Program-made: the position numbers and the translations under genes
Part shown: positions 60,153 to 64,000 of the stretch, in pieces
How positions within the stretch are numbered: the first letter of the stretch is position 1
How the letters are laid out: every line of letters starts with the position of its first letter
The notes under the pieces: model-generated
Database searches by the model: none
What the model saw: only the letters and a program-made list of their open reading frames with translations
Told to the model about the DNA's origin: nothing
NCBI GenBank assembly: GCA_010909165.1
Contig: MU008174.1
Location: 1,054,001 to 1,118,000 of the forward strand
Length of the DNA: 64,000 bases
DNA from: Anthoceros angustus
Lineage: Eukaryota > Plantae > Anthocerotophyta
Direction of reading: 5' to 3'

Positions 60153-61389
60153 GAGGGTCCTCACCACACTCGGATATGCGAGACCCGTCAGTCCGGACGG
60201 GATGCGACTTGAATGTTCCGCTAGGCTAAACGGAACCGTTAGGATCGTCTGCCCGTGGCTGAACGGAACCGTTAGGATCGGACGAGCCGTTCCGCTAGGG
60301 AATGGAACCGTTAGGATCGGACGGAGCCATCGGCCGAAACAGAACTAGGATCGGACGGAGCTGCTGGGATGACAGTTAGGACCGAACATGACGGAGTCAC
60401 CGTTAGGGCTGAACGGAACCGTTAGGATCGGACGAGCCGTTGGGACGGGAAAGGCTCCTTAGGACCGAACTTGACGGAGTCATATCATAGGGCTGAACGG
60501 AACCGTTAGGATCGGACGGGTGGGACGGAAAGGCTCCTTAGGATCGAATGGGACGGGATGGGCTTCTCGGCTCTTAACGAGATGGGATGTGCACATTAGG
60601 TGGGGCAGGCCCGTTGGATTGGACCGCTAAGTTCGACAAGTTATAGCAGGACGGACCCGTTGGGTCCGAATGAAGCCGCGTTAAGTGTACTCCATTTACT
60701 AAATATCAGATTAATTATATACTATATTTATTAAATATAAAATTAATCATTGAGAATTAAAATTATTTGTTAAGAAGTAAAATTACTCGTTAAGAATTCA
60801 AATTACCCGTTAAGAATTACCCAGACCAAGCCGTACCTAAATCCACACCAAACGAGGTATGGCTCCGAACCTAAGAAACAACGACTTTTCCAACCGTTAT
60901 TTTGGAGCGTTGTTTTGGATCCTCAAATGTAGTAGTGAATATCAGGTTAGTTCATAAGGACTTCGACTGGACAATGTGGGAGGCTCAACTGCGGTTGGCT
61001 TCTTCTTCTGTCGCTGCTCCCTCGGCTCCAAGCGAGATTCTCGCTCTATACCTTCTTCGGGGTCATAGCAGCGACTTTATAGACAAGCTGGTCACCTTTT
61101 GGCTCTTTATGAGACCCTTTTTTTCGGACCTCGCCTATTTCGGCGCCTCCCGAGGTGCCTTGAAGATGATGTCCATCTTACCTATCGGCTCCCCTTGGAG
61201 CATCTCGCGCAAGATCCCTGGGACGAGGCTGCCTAGGCATTGTTTCTTTTTCTCCCCAAGTGGTGCCTTCGATGCTCCCGCGGCAGTTTTTTAGGTCACC
61301 AGGAGGTCACCTCCCATCTCCACCGTTTCTCTGATGGGGACTGGAGGCTCTACAACAAGAGTATGGACGCGCAGCGAGGTCTTGGTTAG

Positions 61390-62125
61390 ACTCCGCTAAG
61401 GTGGATGGTGTTCATCCGGACCCTAGGAAGGCGCATCTTAAGCAATGTCTTTTGCTTGGTCGCGCTGGGGAGTATATTCGGGCTGCTCGAGCTCTCCAAC
61501 TGCAGCCAATGGTGCCAGCTTCAGAGGAGACTATCAGCACTCTTTACGCCCTCTATCCGATGTCGAGCAACCCCATTTCGCCAGACATGAGGGACTACTT
61601 CGGTGAGGAGCCTTTTTGTTTGGATAAGGCCGGCTTCAGTCAAGCCTTTATCGGTTGCCCCGCACCTTTCCGCAAGGGGTCTGTCGGGGATGGTCTATGA
61701 CCATCTCCAAGATTACTTTACCCCCGAGGATCCCTCTAGCAGGTTCTCGTAGTTGTTTCTTTTGGCGACTACGATGGCAAGGCGGAACATCCCCTTCCGG
61801 ATTGCTCAAGTGTTGGGGGCCAATCGCTTGTTGCCTATGGAGAAGCCCACCCCTGGGGTTCGTCCCATAGCAGTGGAGGAGGTGTCTTTGCGGTTAGTTA
61901 ATTGCAACATTGCCATCCAACTTCGGGAGCAATTCCAGGGTCACCTCAGCCCACACCAATTCGGCATAGCTACTCCGGGGGGTGCGAGTCTATGGCTTTT
62001 GGTGTGGGAGCGATCTTGGAGTCCCATCCCGATGGGATCGTATTGTAGGTGGACATCGAAAATGCTTTTAACACAATCTATTGGGCGACCATTTTTTACG
62101 AGCTCAAGGATGCAGGTGGGCAGCT
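61390..62125 (+). mobile_element. Reverse-transcriptase fragment of a CRE/SLACS-like non-LTR retrotransposon
   Basis: YIRAARAL, LLPMEKPTPGVRPIAVEEVSLRL, HQFGIATPGG and VDIENAFN (the last in another frame); truncated before the YxDD motif. Confidence 0.7.
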
Positions 62126-62129
62126 TGCC

Positions 62130-63500
62130 ACCCTTATCCCTCCAGAAAACTATACATCTCATGTCCAGCTACCGTGTTCGACACACTATCCATGAAAGGT
62201 AAGGGGTGGTGGTCCTTTTTCGTTGCTTCATTGAGCTTTCTGAAATTTTGACACACCCGTACCTTCCCTTGTTGCTTCTTAGGTACAATAACGATGGGGG
62301 CAACCCACTCACTGGTAAGCACCGGGTAAATTACCTCAGCCTCCAAGTATTGGTCCAGCTAATCCTTGACGACCATAGAATACTTGGGATTCAATCTATA
62401 TTGCTTGATCCTTACAGGAGTGCTGCCCTCCTTCAAATCGATTCGGTGTATCCCCAATCCTATTGCTTGATCCTTATAGGATTTTCATAATAAAGTCTTC
62501 CGACACTACCTTTGGTGTGTGTCGCCATGTAGTGATTTGCACGTAAGAATTTAACCCCCGTTTCGTATTCCACGCGTAAGACAAGAAAATTGCGATGGAT
62601 CCGGATTCCGGAATGAAACACTTGGCTGATGAAGGGCTGACTGTCGTCCTAGTCAGAGGTACGGTGGAGGAACGAGTTGGCGACAGCCACGGACCAACGG
62701 TCTGACCTGAGTTGCCGCAGAAGCCGTGTTGGGCGATACTGGTAGCGTCTCCAACAGGTCCCCGATGCTTGCGGAATCCTGTGAAATTGCAGCGCGCAAG
62801 CACAACCAATTCGAATGCCCTCTCTTGCATGCACGTAGGCGCAAGTGGGCAGTAGTGGATCGACTGCCCATTTTCGCCGGGAGCTCTTCACCCACTCGCT
62901 AGGCTGCAGCTGGAGGGGAGGCAAGCTTTTCTGTGGTCTGCAGGCCTTGTGGCTCGCATAACGGGTTGCACTTGTTAGCGGAAAAGCAGGCAGTCGGAGG
63001 AAAGTTCCCCGTTCATGTGACATGAGGAGAAATATTTCCACGCTCACTGTCGATGACACGGTTCAGAATTCTGTAAGGCTGCATCTGGTATCTCCGAGCT
63101 GCCAATTCTGCAGGAAGAACGTACCGGGCTCCAGGTGAGGGAGAGAGTGTCGGGAGGGAGCTGGCTTTAGCTTGAAAGTCGGTACGAGTCATCTGTTTCG
63201 TCAGCTTTTGCTACCGGTGTAGCCGTGCCCTTGCGTGGCCTCTTGCTGGTCCGTTTTTCTCGGCAAGGTTGCGGAGCTGGGTGGGGGAGGCTCCGGGTTT
63301 TAGAAACTGCGGGAGCAATTTCCGCAAACAAGCTCGTGAGATTTCCCGTCCTTTTCTCTGTGGGTTCCGCTGTTGGAAGGCCGTGTAGCAAGCTTGCCGG
63401 TTCCGGCTCTGGAAGCAACTTTGTGTCACTTTCTTTTGATTCGTGCGCGAGTAGGTTGGTGATGTGCTTGGAATTTGAGTGCAGTTATCTCGCTGATGAA
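62130..63500 (-). mobile_element. Truncated Ty3/gypsy gag-pol fragment
   Basis: IYPVLTSEWVAPIVIVPKKQQGKVRVCQNFRKLNEATKKDHHPLPFMD (RT N-terminus), with degenerate protease/gag-like sequence upstream. Confidence 0.8.
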
Positions 63501-64000
63501 AAGTTCGTTTGCTTGTTGTTTACTCTTGGTGCATTCAGGCCTCGGGATCGTGGGATACCGAGATAGGCATCTGTCTATATATATATTGTATGCGTGAGAG
63601 GGATTAGAGGCTTATCGGAAGGGATTGTAGAATTGTAAGGGACGTACGAGGATCAGTATGGCTTCCAGGCGTGCAGTTGTGACCATTCTTGGTCCTATTG
63701 GTAGATCACGGCTTGTTTCCTTGAGATACGCTCTTCCCTCGGCTTGTATTACGCCTGATGGCATCATTCCAGCTCCCTCTACTTCATCTTCATCCGAGGA
63801 TGTCCCCATTCCTTGTCGTGGGAAGGGGGCCTTGAAGGCTGGTGGGCGATTCTGGGACCGTAAGTTGTTGCCTCCGGGTGGGATGAGGCCTGGTAAGGAC
63901 TTGGCCGGGGTTTCTCGTTCTTACGTTTTTGGAAGAGAGTGTGTCTCTCTGTCCTCCTGCCGAGGGTTGGTCTCAAAGCCGCAGAGGAGCAGCGTGGATG

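Larger units (their letters stand above)
54895..60937. mobile_element. Non-autonomous CACTA (En/Spm) DNA transposon, 6043 bp, carrying host-gene sequence (Pack-CACTA)
   Basis: Perfect 30-bp TIRs CACTACTACATTTGAGGATCCAAAACAACG (54895-54924, with the reverse complement at 60908-60937) and 3-bp TSD AAT on both sides. Subterminal repeats at 54925-55310 (AACAACG, CCGTTC) and 60210-60660 (GAACCGTTAGGATCGGACG). No transposase ORF recognised. Confidence 0.93.

Noticed and set aside
60210-60660. Regularly recurring GAACCGTTAGGATCGGACG units resembling a CRISPR array
   Set aside because: Spacers are not unique, spacing is irregular, there are no cas genes and the context is eukaryotic; they are CACTA subterminal repeats.

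Overview
Plant nuclear DNA from a non-seed land plant, most likely a hornwort or fern. This is inferred from a DYW:KP-type PPR gene, a microbial-type terpene synthase and short GT-AG introns of about 100 bp. The left part (1-36 kb) is gene-rich. It holds a PPR relic, a frameshifted trichodiene-synthase-like terpene synthase divergent from an intact intronless 2OG-Fe(II) dioxygenase, and a ~13-kb block present twice in tandem. That block carries a PLS-E-DYW:KP PPR gene ending in DRH, a CRAL-TRIO/BNIP2-domain gene and a universal stress protein gene. The first copy is internally scrambled at junctions with 5-9 bp microhomology. The right part (36-64 kb) is a transposon nest: a GC-rich element with a coiled-coil ORF hit by two Ty1/copia insertions (both with visible TSDs), a 6-kb non-autonomous CACTA element carrying a PPR gene fragment, CRE-like non-LTR fragments and a truncated Ty3/gypsy pol. 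Duplicated copies differ mostly by small indels in homopolymers, so many frameshifts, and possibly the duplications themselves, may be long-read assembly artefacts. The best leads are the terpene synthase/dioxygenase pair, the candidate U-to-C editing factor, the PPR-carrying Pack-CACTA and the microhomology rearrangement.
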